From contig CAYZPW010000001.1 of NCBI GenBank assembly GCA_964480475.1, positions 16,262 through 80,261 on the forward strand: DNA of 64,000 bases, written 5' to 3'. This document shows positions 27,459 to 37,693 of the stretch, piece after piece (position 1 is the stretch's first letter; every line of letters begins with the position of its first letter). Below the pieces are notes generated by a model. That model was not told the DNA's origin and searched no databases. It saw only the letters and a program-made list of their open reading frames with translations. A program made the translations under genes and the position numbers. Origin of the DNA: an uncultured bacterium. Lineage in GTDB: Bacteria; B130-G9.

Positions 27459-29324
27459 ATGAGATTGCTAATTGTCGCCTTGATGCTTGCGCTTCTGGCG
27501 CTCGGCTGTGCCGGCATGTCCGACTCGGCCAGATACAAGGCTTACGAGGCCAGAGATAGGGGCGACTATGACGAGGCAATCGCTCTATTCTCGAAGGCGA
27601 TTCGCCTGAACCCCGAAAGTGCAAAGGCTTACCTGGGGCGTGGGCGGGTATATAGCAGGATGAAGAAGTATGACCTGGCCATCGCTGATTTCGACATCGC
27701 CATACAACTGGACCCCGAGCACTCTTCAGCATACGACAGCCGCGGGACCGCATACGAGAACGAGGGTCAACGTGACAAGGCGCTGGCCGATTACGCCAAG
27801 GCGATTGAGCTTGACCCGGAGAACTACGTCGCACACAACAATCGCGGACTACTCTTTGCGCGCGAGGATGACTATGGGAAGGCAATTGAGGAGTTCAGCA
27901 AAGCAATTGAGATAAACGCCAGATACGTCAAGGTCCGGTGCAACCGAGGCAATGCCTATGCCGACATAGGCAAGTTGGATGAGGCGATTGCCGACTACTC
28001 CGAGGCAATCAAGATCGATCCCAGAAGCTACAAAGCCTACGGTTCCCGGGGGGATGTGTATGCTAAGATGGACCTGCTTGATGAGGCGATCGCGGACTAT
28101 TCAGCCGCAATCAAGATGGAGGCTGGTCGTGCCAGCTTCTACTGCGATCGCGGGGACGCCTACGGCGACAGGGAAGACTATGACAAGGCGATCGCCGATT
28201 ACGCGAAGGCCATAGAACTCAGGCCCCAATACTGGAGGGCCTACTGCAATCGCGCGGGAACCTACGGCGATATGGGGGAGCTCGACAAGGCTCTAGCGGA
28301 TTACGATAAGGCGCTGGAGCTCAAGCCCGACTCATCAGAGACCTTCAACAGCCGTGCCTGGATGTTCGCGGAGATGGGCCAGTTCGAGAAGGCCATGCCC
28401 GACGCCAACAAGGCGATTGAGTTGGTCCCAGAAAGCGCCTCGGCTTACGACACGAGGGGCTACGCCTACGCCGGGATGGGCAAATATGACCTGGCGCTGG
28501 CGGACTACGAAAAGGCGCTGGAGCTCGTGCCCATCTATCCAGAGGCCCTGTATCATCGGGGTCGGCTCTTCTATGCCCACGGCGAGACCGAAAGGGCCCT
28601 GGCGGACTACGGTGAGGCGTTGGAGTTGAGGCCCAACTACGCTGAGGTCTATCTCAACCGGGCGCGAATCCACGAGGACTGGGAGCGCTGGAAGAGCGCA
28701 ATCACTGACTACACCCGCGTGATTGAGGTCCGTCCCTGGTCGTCAGAAGGCTACGTCAGGAGGGCCTACGTCTATTCCACGCAGGGCCGGTTCAAGCTTT
28801 CGGTCGCGGACTACGACAAGGCGGTTGAGGTCGATCCCACATGTGACCAGTGTTATTTGGGCCGCGCACGAGCGTGCCTCTCCATGCGCCTCTTGGACGG
28901 CGCGATCGCAAGCTGTTGCAAGGCGATTGAGGTGAACCCGGAGTGCTGGGACGCGTATCAGCTGCGGGGAAGCTGCCACCTTGACAGGGGCGAGTTCGAG
29001 GCGGCGATTTCGGATTGCAGCAAGGCCGTTGAGATCAACCCGCTGTGCAGCGAGGCGTTCAACAGCCGGGGCTATGCACGCGCTGCCCTGGGCTACGTAG
29101 AGAAGGCGCTTGAGGATTACACCAGAGCCGTCGAGCTAAACCCGAGCTTTGCCGACGCCTACTTCAACATGGCCACGGTCCTGGAGGCGACGGACCGAAT
29201 CGACGAGGCGATACGAGCCTATCGGCTCTTCGTGCAGTATGCGCCTCTTGAGCGCGGCAAAGCCGTCCAGCACGTCAAGAAAAAGATCGTGCGCCTCTCC
29301 CGCACGCTCGAAGGCCGCCGCTGA
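27459..29324 (+). CDS. TPR-repeat lipoprotein (about 17 TPR units)
   Basis: AAAGGAGG RBS. Signal peptide with lipobox (LALGCAG). Repeated A..Y..A..LDP TPR pattern throughout. Confidence 0.8.
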   Translation: MRLLIVALMLALLALGCAGMSDSARYKAYEARDRGDYDEAIALFSKAIRLNPESAKAYLGRGRVYSRMKKYDLAIADFDIAIQLDPEHSSAYDSRGTAYENEGQRDKALADYAKAIELDPENYVAHNNRGLLFAREDDYGKAIEEFSKAIEINARYVKVRCNRGNAYADIGKLDEAIADYSEAIKIDPRSYKAYGSRGDVYAKMDLLDEAIADYSAAIKMEAGRASFYCDRGDAYGDREDYDKAIADYAKAIELRPQYWRAYCNRAGTYGDMGELDKALADYDKALELKPDSSETFNSRAWMFAEMGQFEKAMPDANKAIELVPESASAYDTRGYAYAGMGKYDLALADYEKALELVPIYPEALYHRGRLFYAHGETERALADYGEALELRPNYAEVYLNRARIHEDWERWKSAITDYTRVIEVRPWSSEGYVRRAYVYSTQGRFKLSVADYDKAVEVDPTCDQCYLGRARACLSMRLLDGAIASCCKAIEVNPECWDAYQLRGSCHLDRGEFEAAISDCSKAVEINPLCSEAFNSRGYARAALGYVEKALEDYTRAVELNPSFADAYFNMATVLEATDRIDEAIRAYRLFVQYAPLERGKAVQHVKKKIVRLSRTLEGRR

Positions 29325-29440
29325 GCAGCCGGGGACAAATCCGTCATCGCTATTGTTGAGGCGCGGTCTCTGACCCGCCCGCTTTATGGATTGAACAGAA
29401 TCGGCCGTCGAGAACTTAGCAATCAATTAGAACGGGTAGA

Positions 29441-29470
29441 ACGGGCGGGTCTTCAGACCTCGCCCCTACA
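29441..29470. repeat. partial copy of the REP-like palindromic element (one hairpin unit)
   Basis: gggcgggtcttcagacctcgcccctaca, as in 31042-31073. A related half-site is at 29357-29381. Confidence 0.4.
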
Positions 29471-29673
29471 CAAATCCCCTTTCGCCTTTCCCCGTTTTCC
29501 GCATTGACCCATTGACCTTTCACCGGCGCGAATCTCATTCAGCGATTGAGTTCAAGACAACATGGTGGTTACGTGAGCGAAATGATGCACAATAACGCAC
29601 AATAGTGCACAGTATTGACTCAGTGATTCCTGATTCCTAAACGAGATTACTCTGACGAAGGCAGCGCTAGACA

Positions 29674-30939
29674 ATGCAGAAACTGGTGATAAACGGCGGG
29701 AAGAGGCTGTCCGGGACCGTCGAGGTCTCGGGCGCGAAGAACGCGGCGCTTCCGATACTCGCGGCCACGATTCTGACGGACGGCAGAACACGTCTGAATA
29801 ACGTCCCAAACGTGATTGACATCGACTCGATGTGCAGGCTGCTCGCCAATCTGGGCGTCCAGGCAGAAAGAGCGCCCGACGACGGGCACGCGGTCCAGGT
29901 CACGATGGGTAAGCTGTCGTCCCTTGAGGCGCCGTATGATTTGGTGCGTAAGATGCGGGCCTCAGTCATCGTCTTAGGCCCGATGCTGGCCAGATACGGT
30001 CGCGCGCGCGTATCGATGCCGGGCGGGTGCGCAATCGGCGAGCGGCCCATCAACATGCACCTTTCGGCGCTTGCGAAGATGGGCGCGGACATCGGCATCG
30101 ATCACGGCTACATTGAGGCGAGGGCGAGGCGCCTCGCGGGCGCTGAGATATGCCTTGACTATCCGACCGTCGGCGGCACGGAGAACATCATCTGTGCGGC
30201 GGCGCTGGCGAGGGGCACGACGGTAATCGACAACGCGGCCCAGGAGCCTGAGATTGTCGATCTCGCCGACTTTTTGAATAAGGCGGGCGCGATGATATCG
30301 GGCGCAGGGACGCATCGCATCGTCGTTGATGGCGTCAAGTCGCTGTCGGGCGTTGAGCACACGGTTATCCCCGACCGGATTGAGGCGGGGACGCACGCGA
30401 TTGCGGCGGCGATCACGGGTGGCGAGGTAACAGTCGCGCGGAGCAATCCGGGGCATCTTGACGTGCTTCTGGAGAAGCTAGGGGACTCGGGCTGCCAGGT
30501 CGAGACGTCGCCGGGTTCATTGACAGTCAGGGGCTGTGAGCGGCCCAGGCCGGTGAACGTCACGACGCTGCCGTATCCGGGCTATCCGACGGACCTTCAG
30601 GCCCAATGGCTTGCATTGATGACGCTGGCGGACGGCGCGAGCGTAGTCAAGGAGACTATCTTTGAGCGGCGCTTCATGCACGTGCAGGAGCTGAGGCGCA
30701 TGGGCGCGAGCATCACTGTCGATGGGGACACGGCCGTCGTTAGGGGCGTTGAGAGCCTTCAAGGTGCGCCCGTCATGTGCACGGACATCCGCGCAAGCGC
30801 CTCGCTAGTCCTTACGGGCCTCGTCGCGGAGAACACCACCGTCATCTCGCGGGTCTATCACCTCGACCGTGGCTACGAGCGCATCGAGGCGAAGCTGCGA
30901 GCGCTGGGCGCGGACATCGTCCGCGAGGAGGACCCGTAG
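29674..30939 (+). CDS. murA: UDP-N-acetylglucosamine 1-carboxyvinyltransferase MurA
   Basis: 421 aa. MQKLVINGGKRLSGTVEVSGAKNAALPIL N-terminus; conserved throughout. Confidence 0.9.
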   Translation: MQKLVINGGKRLSGTVEVSGAKNAALPILAATILTDGRTRLNNVPNVIDIDSMCRLLANLGVQAERAPDDGHAVQVTMGKLSSLEAPYDLVRKMRASVIVLGPMLARYGRARVSMPGGCAIGERPINMHLSALAKMGADIGIDHGYIEARARRLAGAEICLDYPTVGGTENIICAAALARGTTVIDNAAQEPEIVDLADFLNKAGAMISGAGTHRIVVDGVKSLSGVEHTVIPDRIEAGTHAIAAAITGGEVTVARSNPGHLDVLLEKLGDSGCQVETSPGSLTVRGCERPRPVNVTTLPYPGYPTDLQAQWLALMTLADGASVVKETIFERRFMHVQELRRMGASITVDGDTAVVRGVESLQGAPVMCTDIRASASLVLTGLVAENTTVISRVYHLDRGYERIEAKLRALGADIVREEDP

Positions 30940-30955
30940 CTGCGCGGATAGGCCG

Positions 30956-31073
30956 TGTAGGGGCGGGGTCTCAGACCCGCCCGCCTACATGAATCCCTGC
31001 GGATACGAGGCATCTTATGCGAGCATCAATTCGAAAGGGCGGGTCTGAGACCACGCCCCTACATAACCGCAAC
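30956..31073. repeat. REP-like interspersed element: two palindromic hairpins around a ~47-bp core
   Basis: tgtaggggcggggtctcagacccgcccgcctaca ... agggcgggtctgagaccacgcccctaca. Nearly identical in reverse orientation to 42785-42903. Confidence 0.6.
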
Positions 31074-31126
31074 GACTTATCTCCCAGCCTCCAACCAGCG
31101 TCACTGCCAGGCCAGAGGAATGTGGG

Positions 31127-31849
31127 TCAGACGAGCAGGATTGCGACAGTGAGGGCGGCTACGGCGCCGAACAAGAGGACTTGTGATGCGGTGATCGGCT
31201 TCGCGTTGCCGCCCTTGAGCCAGACTTCGGGACCGGAGTAGCCCTTGCTGGCCAGCCGGCCGAGAATGTCGTCCGATGCGAGATAGAGCCTCTTGAGCGC
31301 GAAGCGGACCAGCTTTTCGAGAATGCGGCGGGACTGGCCGACGGATTTCAGGCCGAAGGACCCGCCTCTCGCCCTTGCCGCGGTCCTTGCCGCGCCAAGC
31401 TTGTTCTTGCAGACCGGGAAGACCAGAAGGCCCGTTGAGACGAGCGAGACGAAGCTGTGGGAGAAGGAACCCGGACGAGTGGCAAACGGCAGAAAGCATC
31501 CAATGGCGTGCGTGAGTTCTTGTGGCTTTGCCGAGCCAAACAGGAGCGTCGCGGCGGCCCAAAGTGAGATTATCGTGAGCGCGAGCCTGGCCCCCCTTTC
31601 GCATCCGATCGTAGAGAACTGGCCGTAGCTCGAGCCATCCACAGCGAAAAAGCAATGCAGAGCAAACACGGAGCCAGCCACGAAGAGCAAGGCGAGTAGT
31701 GCGTGAGGGCGCCGCGGACGCGTTCTCCTGAAGAGGATTAGAAACGAGGCAAGAACGGCGCTAAAAATGGCGAGCCGGAGCGCGCTCTTGGCGAAGAAGA
31801 GGGCGCCGGCCAGAGCGAGAAAGTACAGTAGCTTTAGCCTTGCGTCCAT
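31127..31849 (-). CDS. ecfT: ECF-transporter transmembrane (T) component, CbiQ/EcfT family
   Basis: 240 aa with ~5 transmembrane segments. C-terminal RLALKRLYLASDDILGRLASKGY-type motif. No adjacent ATPase gene. Confidence 0.55.
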   Translation of the reverse strand: MDARLKLLYFLALAGALFFAKSALRLAIFSAVLASFLILFRRTRPRRPHALLALLFVAGSVFALHCFFAVDGSSYGQFSTIGCERGARLALTIISLWAAATLLFGSAKPQELTHAIGCFLPFATRPGSFSHSFVSLVSTGLLVFPVCKNKLGAARTAARARGGSFGLKSVGQSRRILEKLVRFALKRLYLASDDILGRLASKGYSGPEVWLKGGNAKPITASQVLLFGAVAALTVAILLV

Positions 31850-31865
31850 AGTCAGATGTCATTTT

Positions 31866-34800
31866 CTAGTGGAACTCAAATGGGGTTACCCAGATGTCGG
31901 TGACGGGCGAGAGGGTGCCTGGCCAGCAAAAGGCGGTGTAGAACGTGTATGTCCCGGGCGCGAGCGAGCCGTCCAGAACGACGTCGATGAACGTGAGTCC
32001 TTCTGGACAGTAGTATCCGGGCAGCGGGCGCCACTCTATCGGCGTCAGATCAACGCTAAACCCCGGCAGGCACAGCATCTGGCTGTCCGGCAAGACGACC
32101 ACCGCGTAAAGGTCAACGTCAACCGGCTCTCCGGGGTTGTAGCAATAGAAATCGGCCGTGAGCCGGTCGCCAGCATGGAAATCATCTCCGTTCACGAGGA
32201 TGGCGGCCGTTGGGGCGCCGTCGCTTGGATAGCTCCCGACGCAGTTTGAGACCTGCGACCAATTGTTGGAATCGTCAACCGCCTTGATCGCGAAGTAATG
32301 ATACGTTCCGGGCACGAAGCCCGACACAACGAACTGCTCAGCCGAGCCGCTCGTCCGCGGCGTCCAGGAAGTCGAATCAGCATAGACCGTCGCGGCAGGC
32401 CAGCTTGTCTCATTAATAGGGGCGGCGCCGAACCTAAGCTCGTAGGCGCTTGCGGTTCCGAATCGACCGTTATCGCCGGTCGCGGTGAAGCTTAGGAGTA
32501 ACTCGCCCGCGTTGAGCCATTTTCTGGCCGCAAGGTCGCATATCGGCGACGGCGGCACGGTTTCGCCGGTCGGCGTCGCGGAGGCCACATTCGACATCCG
32601 CGAGCCGTTGCTCGCCTCGTCGTAGGCCTTAATTGCGAAGTAGTGGGTCACGTTCGCCGTGAGGCCAGAGACCGCGAACGTCTCTGCGCTTCCTGCCGGC
32701 TGCGGCATCCAGAATAGAGAAGGCTCGTACAATGTGGCGCTCGAGAAGGTGTCAGCCGTGATCATCGACAACGAGTAGCGCAGCTCGTAGGACGACGCTG
32801 TGCCCTCGATGCCGCTGTCGCCCGTGGCGGTGAATCTCAACACGACGGAGTTCTCGCCAGCGGTCGCGGAGAGATTCTGTATAGAGGACGGCGGAACCGT
32901 ATCGCGGCCCGCTGTAGCTGAGGCGCAGTTTGAGACCTCCGATTGGTTTGAACCGTCGTCAAACGCCTTGAGCGCGAAGTAGTATGTTCTGCCGGAGACA
33001 AGGCCTGAGATGGTCTTCAGCTCCTGCTCTCCCGCTTCAAGTGGGGTCCAAGCGAGCGAGGGTTGATAGGTCTCCACGAACGCCCAGTTGGTGGCGCCGA
33101 TCTCAAACTCAGCGTATTTGAGGATGTAGCGGGTCGCGGCGCCGACAGTTCCGTCGTCGCCCGTCGCCGTCCAAAATAGGATCAATTGACCTTCCACCTC
33201 GCCGTCCTGGCCAGCGAGGTCCTCAATTCGCGCCGGTGGCACTTGGTCCTGACCGCCACCGGCGGACGCGCAGTTGGACACGGCCGACCAGTTCTCGGCG
33301 TCATCGACGGAGATGATGGCGAAGTAACACGGTATGCTGGAATCGAACCCGGAGATGACGAACGATTCGCTCGTGCCGGCCGTCTGGGGGACCCATTCAA
33401 GGGAGGGCGCATAGACCTGGGCGGCGTCCCAGTTGCCCGCGTTGATGAATGATTCAGAGTATCTGAGCTCGTAGCCGACGACTGTGCCGACGGTTCCGTC
33501 GTCGCCCGGCGCCGTGAAACTCAGCGTTATTTGACCCTCGAATGGCCCGGAAACCGCAAGCAAGTCCTCGATTGCCGCCGGCGGCACATCATCTGACGGC
33601 GCCTCAGTTGAGGCGAGATTCGAGATTGCCGAGGCGTTGCCCGCGTCGTCGAACACCTTGAGCGCGAAGTAGTATGCGGCTTCTGCGCCCAAGCCCGTCA
33701 CCGTTCTCTGCTCCTTGACTCCGGCTTGGACGGGCGTCCACGAGGTTGATGGCTCATAGAGCGTCACGGTGGAGAAATCGGACGCATCAAACGGCTCGGT
33801 GTGGTATCGCAGCTCGTAGCGCGCCGCCGTGCCGGAGCTGCCGTCATCGCCCGAGGCCGTCCAGCTGAGGTCGCAGGTTGTGGGGGTGTCGGCGTCCCGT
33901 TGAGCCGAGAGGTCCTCGACCCTTGCTGGTGGGACATTATCGTGCCCCGAGCCAACGAACATCATCTCGATCGTTGCGTCCGCGAGGTTGCCCCCGCCGT
34001 CGCGAGCATAAACGCTGAGTTCAACTATGCCCTGGCCGCTGTATGACACAGGCAGGTCGTTTGAATAGACGAAATCGCCCGGCCGGAGGTCCCCGTGCGT
34101 GCCGTCGTCGTAGAGCTCGGTGTCCGTCTCGCCGCCAATCGGGAGCAGATTAGCAGTTACGGAGGTTATGTTGCCGCGGCCATCCTTGTGCACCGCACAG
34201 ACGCAGAACAGGACATCAACTTCGCCGTTCTTCCCAGGCGCCGAGTCAACCACAGCCGGATATGACAGCGCGTAGGCTATTTCAACGGTCGAGCTGCCGC
34301 CGCTCTCACGGACCGAGCGCTGGGTCGTGCCCACGTCAACGGTCGCCTGAACAAGTTCGCCCTGCGAGACGGTGAAATCGCCCGACTGGGGCACGAACAG
34401 AGTCTCGAGGTCTTCGTCGCCACCGGAGAAATCCTCTACCATGAGGTAGAACGTGCCCGGAGCAGGAAAGAAGCTCACTCTTCCCGACGCGGCGAGGCTA
34501 CCCTCGTTCTTTCGGCCCAAATAGAGGCCGTCGTCCGCGAAAAGATAGGCCCTTGCCGACTGGAACGCCGCTCCGTTCTTCTGAACGGTAACCTCCACCT
34601 CGTTCTCCACGAACGTCTTTGTGATGCTTATGGATTCGGCCGCCGAGAGCTTGACGAGGCGCTCGCATCTCGAATCCCTCACATCGGCGCCAGATGTGAA
34701 TTGGAGCCTGTATTGGCCCGGAGGCACGGTTAGCGTCCGCTGGCCGTCGTCGCCTACACCGTAGTCTGGGGTCGAGGCTACCCATTTGCCTGAGCTTTCG

Positions 34801-37202
34801 TCGAAGACCTCGACGTCGCCGTTGCACGGGCCGTTTGTGTTCTCGATTCTTGCGTGGATGTATGCCGTATCGACAACTACGTCCCGGTCGAGGCTCTGTC
34901 CGCTGGCGAGCGAGACAGGAGAATCGAGGCTCTGCACGTGCGTGGCGCCATCAAAGCCCTGATATGTCAGTTGGGCCTCGTATTGGCCGGTTAGGAGCAC
35001 ATAGGAGCGCTCGCCCAACGGCAGTGCGCCAACGTCGGGGGGCATGCGCCTCGTATCGTCTTTGTGGAGCAGGCTCGTAAAATCCTTGTAGCCGTCCGAT
35101 GCCGGAACGTAGATGTAGAGCGCAAGATTGCTCGTAACCGGCCCCGCCGAATCGAACGTCGAAATCGTCAGCTGCCCTTGCCCCACGGTCTTGGAATGCT
35201 GCTTACGCTGGCCCGCGGCGAGCTGTATCGGATAGTCGATGGGGTGCGCGGCGATGCTGTTGGGATCGACGTATTGGTATCGGAAGCTGAACGTTGACGG
35301 CATCAGGTTGAACGTGTGATCGCTGGCGGCAAGAAGTGGATAGCCGTCGGCCGCAGTCAGGAGCGTCCCCGCCGAGTTATATATCCAAATCCTGCCCTCA
35401 GCCGAGCCGTCCCGGTCGCGCAGGTCAACCCAGACCGTGCCGTTGCCAAACGTAACGGTATCCGCGTCGCTCGCGCCCTCGGCCAGTGTGAATCCCCTCG
35501 TGATAACGCAGGCGTTAGGCGAGGACTCGTCATAGGCATACTTGATGGTGTATGTGCCCGCCGGGACATCCCACTCCTGAAACCCGTCGTCGCCTACGCC
35601 ATAGCGCGTGGTCTCCTCGACGAGCGCCCCGGTCTCCTCGTCGTAGATCGATGCGCCGCCGTTGCACGACCCATTGGCGTCGCGGAGATAGATGCCCAGC
35701 GTGCACGAGTCCGTGCCGCGCTCAAAGTCCAAGAGGTCGAGCGTGTATGAGTTCGCCTCCAGGTCGTTTGCTTCGATGTCGAAAAAGAACCGCTCAATTG
35801 GATCGCCCTCTTGAGGCGCGAAATAGACCTGAACGATGTATGTGGCTGGGATGACGTTATCAAATGAGCAGAGCCCGCCTTCGTGGGCCAGCGCGCTCGC
35901 CACCGCGTCGCCTGTGTCCTGATTGAGAAGGAACGCCGTCGCGGAACTGGCGGGGACGTTCTCGCCATCGTAGCGGACCCTCAGCGAGAGATCGCTGCCC
36001 CGCTCGACGGCGATCTGTAGCGTTTCAGTTGCGCCAGCGGCAAGTTCCCGGCCGACGAGGAACCACGTCTTCGAGGGCTCAACGAGCGAGTTCTCGACCT
36101 TGACGCTCACGCTGCCGGCAGGGACGTATCCGAAATCGACGATACCTCCAGGCCCGGGGGATTTGCCCTCATCAATCACGTCGAAACTCGGGTCGTGTAT
36201 CAGCGAGAGCTTCACAGCGTCATCGACAATTGGCGTTCCCGCGGCGTCCTTCACCTCGCAGCGCAGCCTCGCGACCTCGTCAAGAAGGATCGGGAGATTC
36301 ACGCTAAGGTCCGCCGGCGCCTCAAGGTCAAAGAAATATCGCTCCAGGCTCACAAGGCCGCGGTTATAGACGACCTTGATTTTGTAGTAGCCTGCGACTA
36401 CTTCGCCAAAGTCGGCCCTGCCGGAGCCGTCGCACAACAGCGCGTCAACGACCTCCGAAAACGGCGCCGATTGGTGCGACAAGAAGACCGTCGCCGAACC
36501 GGTCAGCGCTCGACCGAATGAGTCGGAGACCGTGAACTTCAGGCCCGAACAGAGCGGTATCTCGACGCGCCTCGTCTGGTTCGAGTTCGGCTGAACCACG
36601 ACGTCGAACGTGTGAAATCCGCCTTCAGGCCGAATCGACCAATGCCGCACCTTCGCGGAGTATATCCCTGGAACCACGTCATCGAAGTGCGCCTCTCCCA
36701 GACCGTCGCAGCGAACGCTGTCAACGAGATTGCTGGTGATTTGATCGTATAGATAGACGTCAATGTCGCCGTCCGGAACGGAGCCCGCCTCAGACCGAAC
36801 CCGTATTCTGAGATCGCCGCTGGAGCGAAAATTGATGGAGTCCTGAACGTCCTGCCCCGGGCCGACGACGATGTGGTGCTTGAACTTGACCACGACCGGC
36901 TGCACGCGCACGTGCTTGACCCTGATGAAATAAGTGTTGGCGCCTAAGCCCGAGAAAGTCAGCTTGCCCTCGGCGTCCGTCATGATTTTGCCAGGCGGGT
37001 CCTGAAACGCCAGATTGCCCTCGACAAACAGCGCGCCCTCCGCGTCGCCCGCAGAGACAGAACCCAAATCGTCAAGAACTGTCAGCTCGATACTCGCCGC
37101 GGCCGCGTCCGAGGCGGACCCCAATGAGCTGCTGCAAACCAGAAGCGCAAGCACTAGAAACGCTTGCGGCCAATTTCGGGCCTCTGAATTCCTATTCATC
37201 AT
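31866..37202 (-). CDS. giant secreted protein: Ig/CarboxypepD_reg-like beta-sandwich repeats, five tandem FN3-like repeats and a distinct C-terminal domain
   Basis: 1778 aa. N-terminal signal peptide. Five ~108-aa repeats (PPA.IEDL...GDDG..G....YELRY...Y.FA.KA.D...N.S). C-terminal ~120 aa share motifs with the C-terminus of ORF 60047..61723. Confidence 0.75.
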   Translation of the reverse strand: MMNRNSEARNWPQAFLVLALLVCSSSLGSASDAAAASIELTVLDDLGSVSAGDAEGALFVEGNLAFQDPPGKIMTDAEGKLTFSGLGANTYFIRVKHVRVQPVVVKFKHHIVVGPGQDVQDSINFRSSGDLRIRVRSEAGSVPDGDIDVYLYDQITSNLVDSVRCDGLGEAHFDDVVPGIYSAKVRHWSIRPEGGFHTFDVVVQPNSNQTRRVEIPLCSGLKFTVSDSFGRALTGSATVFLSHQSAPFSEVVDALLCDGSGRADFGEVVAGYYKIKVVYNRGLVSLERYFFDLEAPADLSVNLPILLDEVARLRCEVKDAAGTPIVDDAVKLSLIHDPSFDVIDEGKSPGPGGIVDFGYVPAGSVSVKVENSLVEPSKTWFLVGRELAAGATETLQIAVERGSDLSLRVRYDGENVPASSATAFLLNQDTGDAVASALAHEGGLCSFDNVIPATYIVQVYFAPQEGDPIERFFFDIEANDLEANSYTLDLLDFERGTDSCTLGIYLRDANGSCNGGASIYDEETGALVEETTRYGVGDDGFQEWDVPAGTYTIKYAYDESSPNACVITRGFTLAEGASDADTVTFGNGTVWVDLRDRDGSAEGRIWIYNSAGTLLTAADGYPLLAASDHTFNLMPSTFSFRYQYVDPNSIAAHPIDYPIQLAAGQRKQHSKTVGQGQLTISTFDSAGPVTSNLALYIYVPASDGYKDFTSLLHKDDTRRMPPDVGALPLGERSYVLLTGQYEAQLTYQGFDGATHVQSLDSPVSLASGQSLDRDVVVDTAYIHARIENTNGPCNGDVEVFDESSGKWVASTPDYGVGDDGQRTLTVPPGQYRLQFTSGADVRDSRCERLVKLSAAESISITKTFVENEVEVTVQKNGAAFQSARAYLFADDGLYLGRKNEGSLAASGRVSFFPAPGTFYLMVEDFSGGDEDLETLFVPQSGDFTVSQGELVQATVDVGTTQRSVRESGGSSTVEIAYALSYPAVVDSAPGKNGEVDVLFCVCAVHKDGRGNITSVTANLLPIGGETDTELYDDGTHGDLRPGDFVYSNDLPVSYSGQGIVELSVYARDGGGNLADATIEMMFVGSGHDNVPPARVEDLSAQRDADTPTTCDLSWTASGDDGSSGTAARYELRYHTEPFDASDFSTVTLYEPSTSWTPVQAGVKEQRTVTGLGAEAAYYFALKVFDDAGNASAISNLASTEAPSDDVPPAAIEDLLAVSGPFEGQITLSFTAPGDDGTVGTVVGYELRYSESFINAGNWDAAQVYAPSLEWVPQTAGTSESFVISGFDSSIPCYFAIISVDDAENWSAVSNCASAGGGQDQVPPARIEDLAGQDGEVEGQLILFWTATGDDGTVGAATRYILKYAEFEIGATNWAFVETYQPSLAWTPLEAGEQELKTISGLVSGRTYYFALKAFDDGSNQSEVSNCASATAGRDTVPPSSIQNLSATAGENSVVLRFTATGDSGIEGTASSYELRYSLSMITADTFSSATLYEPSLFWMPQPAGSAETFAVSGLTANVTHYFAIKAYDEASNGSRMSNVASATPTGETVPPSPICDLAARKWLNAGELLLSFTATGDNGRFGTASAYELRFGAAPINETSWPAATVYADSTSWTPRTSGSAEQFVVSGFVPGTYHYFAIKAVDDSNNWSQVSNCVGSYPSDGAPTAAILVNGDDFHAGDRLTADFYCYNPGEPVDVDLYAVVVLPDSQMLCLPGFSVDLTPIEWRPLPGYYCPEGLTFIDVVLDGSLAPGTYTFYTAFCWPGTLSPVTDIWVTPFEFH
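32230..33860 (-). repeat. five tandem ~324-bp coding repeats (FN3-like units) inside the giant gene
   Basis: Five consecutive, alignable ~108-aa units in the translation. Coordinates are approximate. Confidence 0.45.
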
Positions 37203-37336
37203 TACATATCCCTCAAATTGCTGACCAGGTCCCAGCCGTGCGGGCCGATAATAGATGATGATAGATTCCAGCCACGCTTGCGCGGACCAACACTATGTTC
37301 TGGTCCAGCAAAGCTTGAGAACTTCCTTATGGCTTG

Positions 37337-37693
37337 TCAAGCACGTTGACCTCTGATTCGCACCGCACCAGGTGTGATCACTGTAAAACTGTGAGCCAGT
37401 TCATCGGCATGTTCTTGCACAGCAATTGCCACAACCTCCGCTTTCCGTGTTGGAGATAGACCAGACAAGCGCGTCAATACAACCCCGTGAGCCACGCGTC
37501 CCTGTCGAAACACCAATTCCCCAAAATCCTTGTCCGCAGTCAAGACTAACGCTTGTTCTTGGTTTGCTCTTCTCAGCACATCCTCATCCGAACTGCTCGG
37601 TTCCATCTCGACTACGTTGAGGACAGAATGACCATCGTCTCTGAGACGGTCAACGATTGGTTCATCCACGTTTTCGTCGGCCAGGAACTTCAC
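37337..37693 (-). CDS. DUF5615 PIN-like putative toxin
   Basis: MKFLADENVDEPIVDRLRDDGHSV...DKDFGELVF. 4-bp overlap with the upstream DUF433 gene. Confidence 0.65.
   Translation of the reverse strand: MKFLADENVDEPIVDRLRDDGHSVLNVVEMEPSSSDEDVLRRANQEQALVLTADKDFGELVFRQGRVAHGVVLTRLSGLSPTRKAEVVAIAVQEHADELAHSFTVITPGAVRIRGQRA

Noticed and set aside
31866-37202. Dozens of 60-160-aa antisense or alternate-frame ORFs inside the giant gene, and similarly inside the flagellar, radical SAM and CapD genes
   Set aside because: They are Arg/Pro/Ala-rich and lack starts with RBS. This is the expected by-product of 60%+ GC coding DNA, and the long sense frames carry clear domain signatures.
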